From positions 1,829,244-1,893,243 of the forward strand of contig CP070750.1 in NCBI GenBank assembly GCA_020348385.1: a stretch of 64,000 nt of DNA. The letters are read 5' to 3'. Under the pieces are notes generated by a model. That model worked only from the letters and a program-made list of their open reading frames with translations. It was not told the origin of the DNA and did not search any database. This document shows, piece after piece, positions 36,036-44,379 of this stretch; the stretch's first letter is position 1; every line of letters begins with the position of its first letter. This DNA comes from Candidatus Aminicenantes bacterium. Its GTDB lineage: Bacteria; Acidobacteriota; Aminicenantia; Aminicenantales; Aminicenantaceae. A program made the position numbers and the translations under genes.

Positions 36036-36833
36036 ATGAGCAAACTTAACATTTTGGCTTTGATTCTTTTTATCCTGAATCCCCTTTTATTTTGTGCAGA
36101 CAAATCCTCTGTGATCCTGGAAGATCTCACATGGATGGAAGCGGAAAAGGCACTCCGAGAATATGAGGTCGTCTTGATCGCCCTGGGTGCACGCACAAAA
36201 GAACACGGCCCTCATCTCCTTCTAAAAAACGATTATGTCATGGCCGAATACTTGAAAGAACGGGTCATCAAGGAAGTCCCAGTTATCGTGCTGCCGACCC
36301 TTCAGTACGGATATTATCCTGCCTTCCTGGAATACCCTGGCTCCGTTTCGATCCAAGCTCAAACTTTCAAGAACATCATCGTGGATATCTGCCGATCGAT
36401 GAACGGTTACGGGAGCAAAAAATTCTATGTGCTCAACACAGGCGTATCCACGCTCCGGCCTTTGGCTCAGGCAAAAGAAGAACTCAACAAAATCGGAATT
36501 TTACTTGACTACCTGAATATCCTCGAGGTGGACGAAAACCTTCCTCCAGGATTAATGAAACAAGAAGGGGGAACCCATGCGGACGAAGGGGAAACGTCCA
36601 TGATGCTCTACCTTGCTCCAGAAACGGTTGATATGTCCAAGGCCGTGAAGGACTATGATTCCCGGCCGAATCGAAGAGGTTTGACGCGCTATCCTGAGGG
36701 AGAAGGGCACTACAGCCCGACAGGAATATGGGGGGATCCAACCCTGGCAACCAGAGAGAAAGGTAAGATCATCGTTGAAAATACGGTTTCTGCCATCGTC
36801 AAACAGGTAAAAGAGCTCATCGCCCGGAAATGA
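36036..36833 (+). CDS. creatininase-family amidohydrolase with N-terminal signal/anchor
   Basis: It has EHGPHLLLKNDY and GGTHADEGETSMML. It carries a 25-aa hydrophobic N-terminal extension. It starts 1 nt after the radical SAM gene. Confidence 0.8.
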   Translation: MSKLNILALILFILNPLLFCADKSSVILEDLTWMEAEKALREYEVVLIALGARTKEHGPHLLLKNDYVMAEYLKERVIKEVPVIVLPTLQYGYYPAFLEYPGSVSIQAQTFKNIIVDICRSMNGYGSKKFYVLNTGVSTLRPLAQAKEELNKIGILLDYLNILEVDENLPPGLMKQEGGTHADEGETSMMLYLAPETVDMSKAVKDYDSRPNRRGLTRYPEGEGHYSPTGIWGDPTLATREKGKIIVENTVSAIVKQVKELIARK

Positions 36834-36897
36834 ACTTGGGTTTTCCCTTCATTTATATTGCTGGACAAAACCAGTCTGATTCTGGTATGAAAGTGCG

Positions 36898-38133
36898 ATG
36901 ATGAAGATCTTGATAGCCTGCAAGGAATTCCCCCATTCAAAAGTTATCGGCGGGCCGATTCTGATCTACAACAGATTGAAACATCTTGCCAAAAATCACT
37001 TGGTCTCTCTCACAGCATTCAGCCAGCCGGGAGACGAGGACCACATTCCTTCAGTTCGGCCATTATGCCATGATCTCAGGCTTGTTCCCTTGCCTCCCAG
37101 ACGTGATCCCATAAAAACGATTGTTGACTTTTTCACATCCCCTGTTCCCCATTACTTTCTCCGGGTTCACGATTCCAAAGAAATGGCTCGTACCATCGCT
37201 GAAATGGTGAAAAAAGATGAATACGATTTTGTTATCGCCGAATATTCGGTCATGGGCCAATTTATCCACCACAATCCTGAATTGCTACCTACAAGAAGGA
37301 TCATGTCCGTCCACGAATGTTATTATTTAGCCCGATTCAAGAGCTTTCAGCACAATAAATGGGGCCTGAACAAATTAAAGGAAGCGGTCAACCTAAAGGG
37401 ATTGAAAAAATATGAATTCGATATGTACCGCAACGCCGATAAAGTCCTCACCCTGACTTCACAAGGAAAGGACGAACTTTTGGCGATCTGCCCAGATCTT
37501 GACATTTCCATCGTCCCCCATGGCGTGGACGTTGATACCTTCGCCTTTTCTCCTCAAGCTGAAGAAGAGAACAGCCTGGTGTTTCTTGGCAATTACCTCC
37601 ACTATCCCAATGTGGATGCTGTCCTATATTTCCATGGAGAAATATGGCCGCATCTGAAAAAAACGCTGCCGGATTTGAGATTCTATGTGGTGGGCCAATC
37701 TCCCCCTCCAGAAATCTCTCGTCTTGCCGCGGATGAATCCATAGTCGTGACAGGCACGGTGGACAATGTTACCCCTTACTTGAGGCGAGGGAAAGTTTTC
37801 ATCTGTCCCGTGCGGCTCGGGGGCGGATTCCGGGGAAAAATACTGGAGGCTATGGCGCTCGGCCGTCCCGTGGTTTCCACCCGATTGGGAGCCGAAGGAA
37901 TCCCCGCTTCCAATGGTGAAAACATCATCCTGGCAGATAGGCCCGACGATTTTGTCAAAGGAATAGCGGATCTAATCGCGAACGCTGATCTCTACCAGAG
38001 GATTCAGAACAATGCCCGAAAGCTCATGGAGGACCACTATGCCTGGGATAAGGGAGTGGCCCAGCTGGAGTCCGTACTGGAGGGCATGATGTCCAAGCCT
38101 CCTTCGGATCAAAAGGAAGGGAGAAAAAAATGA
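36898..38133 (+). CDS. glycosyltransferase family 4 (GT-B)
   Basis: The C-terminal half has the typical GT4 EX7E region (GGFRGKILEAMALGRPVVST). Confidence 0.85.
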   Translation: MMKILIACKEFPHSKVIGGPILIYNRLKHLAKNHLVSLTAFSQPGDEDHIPSVRPLCHDLRLVPLPPRRDPIKTIVDFFTSPVPHYFLRVHDSKEMARTIAEMVKKDEYDFVIAEYSVMGQFIHHNPELLPTRRIMSVHECYYLARFKSFQHNKWGLNKLKEAVNLKGLKKYEFDMYRNADKVLTLTSQGKDELLAICPDLDISIVPHGVDVDTFAFSPQAEEENSLVFLGNYLHYPNVDAVLYFHGEIWPHLKKTLPDLRFYVVGQSPPPEISRLAADESIVVTGTVDNVTPYLRRGKVFICPVRLGGGFRGKILEAMALGRPVVSTRLGAEGIPASNGENIILADRPDDFVKGIADLIANADLYQRIQNNARKLMEDHYAWDKGVAQLESVLEGMMSKPPSDQKEGRKK

Positions 38134-39350
38134 AAATCACCATGATTATTCCCAGCTACTGGGGACGGAAAAAAAAGGATAGGCGCAAAGAAACAGACAC
38201 CATCTATGACCATCCCACGCCTTTGGACGAAAAAGGTACCCTCGGCCGCCTTCTGGAAAGTCTTGCCATCATCAAAAACAAGAATTTCCAACTTGTGATA
38301 CTAGGGGTGGCTACGGCACCGGACATCCAGGAAGATGTGGAGAACAAAATCGCTTCCATCATCAAAGACTGCGCTATGGATGTGGAAACTCATCTCTTTT
38401 CTTATTCGCATCTTTCCAAAATTCATCAATTCTTGTCCCAGAAAAAAAAGCAAGAGATGACTTCCCTTCTCAAGCTCGATGGATACTCCAATGTGCGCAA
38501 CCTCTGTACTTTTGTTCCGCATCTGCTGGGATCTGAAATAGCTGTCCTGATCGATGACGACGAAATATTCGAGGATCCGGATTTCATGGATAAGGCCGTT
38601 GAATTCATCGGTCACGAAAAACACGGAGACAGAATCCTGGCAGTGGCTGGTTATTACATCAATCCTGATGATGATTTTCTCCTCAATAAGGAAATCCATC
38701 CATGGATGACCTACTGGAACAAAATCGATTGCATGAACCGGGCATTCCAACAGATCATCGCAGAAGAACCGAGGATCAAAGTCACTCCCTTTGCGTTCGG
38801 GGGAAACCTGGTTTTGCACAAAGATCTTTTTACCCGGATTCCGTTCGATCCTTCCGTTCCCCGGGGAGAGGACATCGATTTTCTGATCAATGCCCGGATG
38901 TACGGATTCAAGACCTACCTGGATAATCAACTTGCAATAAAACACAAAGCTCCACCAAAAACTTCACCCAAATGGGAACAAATCCGGGAAGATATCTCCC
39001 GATTCGTTTTCGAAAAAAAGAAGCTGGAAGGACAGGAAGGATATCCAGGTTTGCACCCTCTCAACGCCGCAGAACTGGATCCCTACCCAGGAGAATTCCT
39101 AAAGGATGACCTCGAAGAGAAAATATACCGATCCAACCAAATGTTGGCGCTGGATTATCTAGGTACAGGGGACACTGAAGGTGCTTCGGAGTGCATGAGG
39201 AATATCTACCTGGCAAAAACACAAGCAGACTCTGATGATAATCCCTATTACAATCTGCTTCGTCTCCAACCAGATTGGGAACAACTGATGGACTTTTTTT
39301 CCTCGAAAAAAGTGGCAGTTGAAGCGATCGCCCTTGCAGGATTGGCATAA
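38130..39350 (+). CDS. GT-A-fold glycosyltransferase-like protein, family unassigned
   Basis: It has a DxD-like VLIDDDEIF and a later PRGEDIDF. The N-terminal IIPSYW beta-strand is as in GT-A enzymes. It overlaps the GT4 stop by 4 nt (ATGA). Confidence 0.5.
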   Translation: MKITMIIPSYWGRKKKDRRKETDTIYDHPTPLDEKGTLGRLLESLAIIKNKNFQLVILGVATAPDIQEDVENKIASIIKDCAMDVETHLFSYSHLSKIHQFLSQKKKQEMTSLLKLDGYSNVRNLCTFVPHLLGSEIAVLIDDDEIFEDPDFMDKAVEFIGHEKHGDRILAVAGYYINPDDDFLLNKEIHPWMTYWNKIDCMNRAFQQIIAEEPRIKVTPFAFGGNLVLHKDLFTRIPFDPSVPRGEDIDFLINARMYGFKTYLDNQLAIKHKAPPKTSPKWEQIREDISRFVFEKKKLEGQEGYPGLHPLNAAELDPYPGEFLKDDLEEKIYRSNQMLALDYLGTGDTEGASECMRNIYLAKTQADSDDNPYYNLLRLQPDWEQLMDFFSSKKVAVEAIALAGLA

Positions 39351-39429
39351 CCAAGCCTTTGGGGCATAAAACCGCTCTCCCCCCTGATTTTTATCGTATT
39401 TAAATAAAATGTCGAAATTTCGTTGTTTT

Positions 39430-40206
39430 CTACTCCATGAAGCCCAATAATACGGCCATCTCACGGAGTTTTCCTTGGATAACTCGGACGTTGTCTGGCC
39501 CCATTCGCAAAAGATGTTTTTGGGCAGAACTCAGGGATTCCAAATCGGTATCAACCATAGTATAGGTCACGACCTTCTTTTCCAGTCGGATGTCTTGTTT
39601 GACGACGGGAACCTTGAGAAGTTCCATCAACGCCGTTTTCAATGTGTTGTCAAATTCTGCGTCTGGATATCCCAAATCTTTATAGGCCTCCTGGATGGCT
39701 GGTTTCAGTTGTTTATACAGAGTGGTACTTCCCTTGGAATCCAATGATGCGAATACTTCAGCAATGAGGTCATACCGCTTATAGCTTTCCGGATCAATGA
39801 AGTATTCCCCTACTTCATCTAGAACTTTGAAGTCTGCATCCGGTTTGAAAAAATCGATCTGCGGCCCTGGGCTTTGGCCATTGGCAATGTTATCAACAGC
39901 TGCCACGAATTTTCGGATCAATTCTTCGCTCATCAACCACAAAGCCAGTTTAGGATGGGAGGATAACTCTCCGGCAAGCTTCCGGACCAGATCATCGCTT
40001 TCATTCAAAGGCACATCCAGTGGCTCGACCTTTTCATCCTCGGGCTTGATCTTCTCCTCGACCACAGGTTGCTCTTGGACGATTTGAGATGTTTCTTCGG
40101 ATTCTTGAGGCTTAGAATAGATAAAAAAGTAATAAATGATGGCTGCAGCCGCTATCAACAAAATAAAAATGATTCCAGCTACAATGACTTTTTTTTGTTC
40201 TTCCAT
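39430..40206 (-). CDS. DUF3014-like membrane-anchored protein
   Basis: It has one N-terminal TM segment. Then come LIRKFVAAVDNIANGQSP...F..ESYKRYD...LYKQLKPAIQEAYKDLGYP..FDNTL..A...LL..P and SAQKHLLRMGPDN. I place the start at MEEQKK. Confidence 0.65.
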   Translation of the reverse strand: MEEQKKVIVAGIIFILLIAAAAIIYYFFIYSKPQESEETSQIVQEQPVVEEKIKPEDEKVEPLDVPLNESDDLVRKLAGELSSHPKLALWLMSEELIRKFVAAVDNIANGQSPGPQIDFFKPDADFKVLDEVGEYFIDPESYKRYDLIAEVFASLDSKGSTTLYKQLKPAIQEAYKDLGYPDAEFDNTLKTALMELLKVPVVKQDIRLEKKVVTYTMVDTDLESLSSAQKHLLRMGPDNVRVIQGKLREMAVLLGFME

Positions 40207-40232
40207 GTATTTTCTCCTTAAAAAAAAGACAT

Positions 40233-41033
40233 TCAATACCTAGTGACTTTTTCGATCCTTATATTGCCCCTCAACGCTGTTAACGAAATGCGGGGGCCAT
40301 TTTTGCCCCATTGGGTATCGATCTTTTTTTCATCCGCCGGTATATCGATTTCAAATTCGCTGTTGATCTCCCCCTCAGGAAATGCGGCCACCAAATGGGC
40401 ACTGGCCTTTTCTTGGAGGGATAAGGTGATGTTTCCCTCCCTGGACGTGATGACAATTTCATCCTGTTCCCGAAGGTCAAACAGGTTAGCATATACTGAG
40501 CCTCGATTGGTGGATGCTGTCAGAGATCCGGAAAAATTTTCCACCGTGATTTCCCCTTCGGTCAAATCCAAATAAGCGTCGCCGTAAACTTCAGAGATAT
40601 GTATATCCCCGTTTCTCACCACGATGTCTTTCAGATGGATAGAATGGGGAACATCGATGAAGTAATCCACAAACCCAAATTCCCTATTTTCTGAGACGTT
40701 CTTTGTTCTTATTTTGACAAAATTCTCGAACTTGTCAAAAACTATTCCAGGGGCAAAATTTTTCCTGGGGTATACATAAAATTTGGTCCGATCGGGAAGT
40801 TGAATCATTTTTTCTGCATACACTTCCAGCTCTTCTCTCTCCCATCCGTGAATTTCGACATTCCCGTTCACGCTTGCCAAAGAAAGAGTGCCGCCTGGAG
40901 AAAGAGGAACATTTTTGCGAAATTCGTCCACGGGAGTCTTTCCCCTCTCTGGCGGATACTCGACTCGAATGTAAAAGCAAGAACTGAAGAAAAGCATGGA
41001 AAGGAGAAGTAAAAAAACGGTCGTGTACTTCAT
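40233..41033 (-). CDS. DUF4097-type beta-helical lipoprotein (putative adhesin fold)
   Basis: It has a lipoprotein signal (LLSMLFFSSC) and repeated GN(V/I).I...G.. strands. Its stop overlaps the start region of the downstream gene. Confidence 0.6.
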   Translation of the reverse strand: MKYTTVFLLLLSMLFFSSCFYIRVEYPPERGKTPVDEFRKNVPLSPGGTLSLASVNGNVEIHGWEREELEVYAEKMIQLPDRTKFYVYPRKNFAPGIVFDKFENFVKIRTKNVSENREFGFVDYFIDVPHSIHLKDIVVRNGDIHISEVYGDAYLDLTEGEITVENFSGSLTASTNRGSVYANLFDLREQDEIVITSREGNITLSLQEKASAHLVAAFPEGEINSEFEIDIPADEKKIDTQWGKNGPRISLTALRGNIRIEKVTRY

Positions 41034-41113
41034 CGTTCCTCCTTCTCTTGTATTTTTATTATACGATTTTTCGTAAACAAAGTTCCATTATTAGATTTTC
41101 TGATGTTTTTTCT

Positions 41114-41142
41114 TGAAACAAAAATTGAATTTTGTCATAGTG
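41114..41142 (+). promoter_or_regulatory. sigma70-type promoter candidate TTGAAA-N17-CATAGT with TGt extension
   Basis: TTGAAA at 41114-41119 and CATAGT at 41137-41142. It would give a leader of about 100 nt before ATG 41250. Confidence 0.3.
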
Positions 41143-41219
41143 AGTTCTCATGAGATTTATCACGCCCTGCCTAGGATGGTGGAGAAGAAATGGCCCCAGA
41201 ATGTCATCGGTAGCATTTG

Positions 41220-41230
41220 TGAATAACTCA
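41220..41230. promoter_or_regulatory. TGAATAACTCA (TGAAT-N-ATTCA motif family)
   Basis: It lies 19 nt upstream of the purF-like ATG. The flank GGTAGCAT..TTTGTGAATAACTCAA matches the reverse complement of the copy-1 left end (24311-24345). Confidence 0.3.
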
Positions 41231-41249
41231 AAAAAACAAGGAGGAACAT

Positions 41250-42650
41250 ATGGGCGGCTTGTTCGGAGTCATCTCTGATAAGGATTGTGTCCACGACCTT
41301 TTTTTCGGAACGGATTACCACTCACACCTCGGAACAAAAAGGGGCGGACTCACGGTCAAAAATGAAACAGGATTTACCCGATTTATCCACAACATAGAGA
41401 ATGCTCAATTTCGCTCTAAATTCGAAACCGACATAATCCAGATGTCCGGGAATATGGGTATCGGAGTTATCAGCGACTTTGACGACCAACCTCTATTGAT
41501 CCGATCACACCTCGGGAACTATGCCATCGTCACTGTTGGAGTAGTCCAGAATATAGCTGATCTTGTCAATAAAGCTTTTCGAGAGAAAAAAACCCATTTC
41601 CGAGAAATGAGTGGAGGAGAGATCAATCCGACCGAGCTCATTGCCACATTGATCAACCAAGAATCGACATTTGTGGAAGGGATAAAAAGCGCCCATGAAG
41701 CCATCGAGGGATCCTGTTCTCTCCTGTTGTTGACGGAAGATGGCATCTATGCGGCAAGGGACAAACTGGGACGAACCCCAATCGTCCTCGGAGAAAAAGA
41801 AGGGAGTTATGCTGCCTCCCTCGAGACCTGTGCTTTCCCGAACCTCGAATTCAGCGTCAAGCAGTATCTCGGGCCTGGAGAAATTGTGCTTTTGAAGCAT
41901 GACGAGATCGAACAAAAAAAGCCACCAGAGGATAAATTGCAGATATGCGGCTTCTTGTGGGTCTATTATGGATACCCGGCATCAAACTATGAAGGCGTCA
42001 GTGTCGAGGATGTCCGTAACCGATGCGGGGCAAAGCTAGCCAAAAGGGATACGATCGAGGTTGATTTTGTGGCTGGCATCCCCGACTCAGGAACAGCCCA
42101 TGGTTTAGGATATGCCAGCGAATCCGGAATCCCATTCAAAAGACCCTTCGTGAAATACACGCCGACTTGGCCGCGAAGCTTTATGCCGCAGGATCAGGAC
42201 ATCCGGAACTTGGTCGCAAAAATGAAACTCATACCGATCCAAGAATTCATCAGAGGCAAGCGATTGCTGTTTTGCGAGGATTCCATCGTTAGAGGAACAC
42301 AACTCCAGGATACCATCCAAAGGCTGTACGATGCTGGAGCCTTAGAGGTGCACATGAGACCAGCCTGTCCTCCTCTTGTTTATGCCTGCAAGTTCTTGAA
42401 CTTTTCTAGATCGAGATCAGAATTGGACCTGGCTGCAAGGACGGCTATCCATGAGTTGGTTGGAGAAAATGTGGGGGATTTGAGTGAATACGCCCAAGCG
42501 GGTTCTGAAAAATACAAGGCCATGGTCGAAAGTATCAGGAAAAGACTCAACTTGACATCCTTGCAGTATCAAAGACTGGGAGATCTTGTGGAGGCTATCG
42601 GTCTCCCCAAGGAAAAACTGTGCACGTACTGTTGGGACGGCACTGAATGA
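41250..42650 (+). CDS. amidophosphoribosyltransferase-like protein lacking the Ntn catalytic cysteine
   Basis: The PRTase domain is intact (GIPDSG, LLFCEDSIVRGTQ) and C-terminal Cys residues are present (CPPLVYAC, CTYC). The N-terminus reads MGGLFGV instead of MCG, behind a strong AAGGAGG SD. Confidence 0.8.
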   Translation: MGGLFGVISDKDCVHDLFFGTDYHSHLGTKRGGLTVKNETGFTRFIHNIENAQFRSKFETDIIQMSGNMGIGVISDFDDQPLLIRSHLGNYAIVTVGVVQNIADLVNKAFREKKTHFREMSGGEINPTELIATLINQESTFVEGIKSAHEAIEGSCSLLLLTEDGIYAARDKLGRTPIVLGEKEGSYAASLETCAFPNLEFSVKQYLGPGEIVLLKHDEIEQKKPPEDKLQICGFLWVYYGYPASNYEGVSVEDVRNRCGAKLAKRDTIEVDFVAGIPDSGTAHGLGYASESGIPFKRPFVKYTPTWPRSFMPQDQDIRNLVAKMKLIPIQEFIRGKRLLFCEDSIVRGTQLQDTIQRLYDAGALEVHMRPACPPLVYACKFLNFSRSRSELDLAARTAIHELVGENVGDLSEYAQAGSEKYKAMVESIRKRLNLTSLQYQRLGDLVEAIGLPKEKLCTYCWDGTE

Positions 42651-42653
42651 ATA

Positions 42654-42866
42654 CCTGAATTATTCATAAAAAAATTCCGAGCCTTTCTCTTAAAACCACA
42701 AAAACATAAATTCCATATTCATTATTATTCATCGGAATTTTTTCACCCTTTGGGCGAGTCGATCTTACTACATCGTCTTCGTTGCAGCCCATTCTCGGTA
42801 TACAAATACAGCTTCAAGGGCCACTGCCTTGACGCTGCAGCAGTCTCAACTCGTGAATAATTCAGG
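42654..42866. repeat. about 213-nt intergenic element, copy 2 (paralog of 24313-24534), perfect 13-bp terminal inverted repeat CCTGAATTATTCA
   Basis: The outer stem pairs 42654-42666 with 42854-42866 (13/13). The inner stem pairs 42669-42680 with 42732-42743 (12/12). It shares the 84-nt core with copy 1. It sits between convergent genes and is flanked by ATA on both sides. Confidence 0.8.
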
Positions 42867-42893
42867 ATAAAAGTTGATGGGATAAAATCTGGA

Positions 42894-43775
42894 TTACCAG
42901 ATAGAAAGCTGGCTCTGTGCTCTCACTTTTTTTGTCAGATCCATGTATTCGAGTCCGGAGTACAACGCCACAAGAAATACTCTACCTCTTCCTCCATACA
43001 CCCTGAGCTGTACTTCTGTTTCCGAATCCTTCCAAAGAGAACTGAACTCGAGATGACCCTGGCTGAGAGCCAATCCCCAGTTTGAATGATCACCTTGATA
43101 TCGTTTATCGTGCCACAGAACCTTTTCCGATTTGGGTTTTCCATATTTTTGTTGCAAGATATTTTTTATTTTTTCGAAACTGTGGATGTACTGATTTTTA
43201 TCCTTGTATTTGGCGAGGAAACTATACTTGGCCTTGGCCAATTTATTATAAGCAAACACATACCCTATCATACAATCCATGTTCAATATTTTCTGGGAAT
43301 ATTGTATGATGTCCAGCCCTCCTGAATTCTCGCGGTGATTAGGATACCCCTCAATCCGCACAACCTGCGCTTTGTCCATTCCCCATCGCGTGTTCCTGAA
43401 ATTCTTTCTTGAATCAGCTTGGTTTCCTGTTTTTTCCCCTTCTCGTTGAATGGTCGACTTTTTTGTGACTTCGAAGAGTTTTTCAACCAAGGTATCAAGG
43501 ATGTATCCCGACTTTATCCGGCCAGATTTCTCCGAAGTGAAATAAACGTAGTTCCAATTTTTCCGGAATTTACGCTCACTGCCAAGAGACACTAGAGTGC
43601 CCATATCCAACATGGCGACCACAGTGCTTTTTTTGTCTGGATCAAGATGGACAGAAGCTTTATCGACGATGACTTTTAATTTTCTGGAGGCCGAATAAAG
43701 CATGCCCGAATGCAACCCCAATATAAATAAAAAAAGTATGGAAAGCCCGATAATTTTTTTTCTTTGTCTATTCAA
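42894..43775 (-). CDS. secreted hypothetical protein, possible N-terminal SH3b-like domain
   Basis: It has a signal peptide. KVIVDKASVHLDPDKKSTVVAMLDMGTLVSL...WNYVYF...GYIL resembles bacterial SH3. I do not recognise the rest. Confidence 0.45.
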   Translation of the reverse strand: MNRQRKKIIGLSILFLFILGLHSGMLYSASRKLKVIVDKASVHLDPDKKSTVVAMLDMGTLVSLGSERKFRKNWNYVYFTSEKSGRIKSGYILDTLVEKLFEVTKKSTIQREGEKTGNQADSRKNFRNTRWGMDKAQVVRIEGYPNHRENSGGLDIIQYSQKILNMDCMIGYVFAYNKLAKAKYSFLAKYKDKNQYIHSFEKIKNILQQKYGKPKSEKVLWHDKRYQGDHSNWGLALSQGHLEFSSLWKDSETEVQLRVYGGRGRVFLVALYSGLEYMDLTKKVRAQSQLSIW

Positions 43776-43852
43776 ATGCTTTCCCCTTCCTGTATCCTTC
43801 TCATTCTCGTTCCTTAATCAGGGCCCGATATCCAGCCCTAATCTTATTCTAG

Positions 43853-43864
43853 GATAATATTATC
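43853..43864. promoter_or_regulatory. perfect 12-bp palindrome GATAATATTATC (Fur-box-like hexamer pair)
   Basis: It lies about 80 nt upstream of the 43775 gene start. Confidence 0.3.
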
Positions 43865-43929
43865 GGCAACATAGGCACAATTTGACAATCCCCTTTAGGG
43901 GTGAAATTTAAAACTATATATTCACCCCT

Positions 43930-44379
43930 CTAAGGGAGCGCATTTTCAGTAGTTTCGGCTCGGATTTTAAGCGCATCGTTCATCGCTTTAAAACCTTGAG
44001 TTGTAGCATCTTTTATCGAACGCAAAAATAACGAAGCCAGGATTCCTGTGAATTTTTCCTTCTGAACAAAATTGATTTTGTGTTCGCCCAGAGGTTCGAT
44101 GGCTAGGATATGTTCTCCATCGAAAATTCCGGGGATCACAAGATGTCCGATCCAACGGAATTCTTTTTCCGGTTCGACGTTCAATACCTTAGGTCGAAAC
44201 CTCATCTCCTTTTTTTCAGGGAGCTTTAGAAAAACATCGAGACGTGCCCCATTTTTTATTTCACCTTCAATCCGTTGGATGAATGGATTCCATTCGGGAA
44301 ATGAACGAAAATCTGTAAGAATATGCCAGATACGTCCGGCCGTGGCATTGATTTCAACCTCTGTGCGAATCTCTTTCAC
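43930..44379 (-). CDS. SRPBCC (START/polyketide-cyclase-like) domain protein
   Basis: VEINATAGRIWHILTDFRSFPEWNPFI... is present. I re-set the start to GTG 44379, behind AGGAGG-N7, overlapping the upstream stop (GTGA). Confidence 0.75.
   Translation of the reverse strand: MKEIRTEVEINATAGRIWHILTDFRSFPEWNPFIQRIEGEIKNGARLDVFLKLPEKKEMRFRPKVLNVEPEKEFRWIGHLVIPGIFDGEHILAIEPLGEHKINFVQKEKFTGILASLFLRSIKDATTQGFKAMNDALKIRAETTENALP

Noticed and set aside
35039-36833. Mycofactocin-like RiPP locus (radical SAM + creatininase-family peptidase + glycosyltransferase).
   Set aside because: The radical SAM protein lacks SPASM Cys clusters and looks PflX-like. No MftA-like precursor, MftB/RRE or MftD gene is present, and no small ORF lies in the flanking gaps. 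I kept it only as an unexplained gene pairing.
39411-39422. Perfect palindrome (T)CGAAATTTCG(A) between convergent genes.
   Set aside because: It is a loop-less 10-12-bp AT-rich palindrome, occurs once, and has no associated promoter or gene start. It is likely chance.
41217-41234. TTGTGAATAACTCAAAA resembles a Rex operator half-site (TTGTGAA-N4-TTCACAA). CGTGAATAAT at 24522 and 42852 is similar.
   Set aside because: The palindrome here has odd spacing (GAA-N3-TTC), the second half-site is degenerate, and most instances lack the TTGTG extension.
42815-42830. GCCACTG (cobalamin-riboswitch B12-box-like core) inside repeat copy 2.
   Set aside because: It is not conserved in copy 1 (GCCGCTG). 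None of the other cobalamin riboswitch blocks are present.
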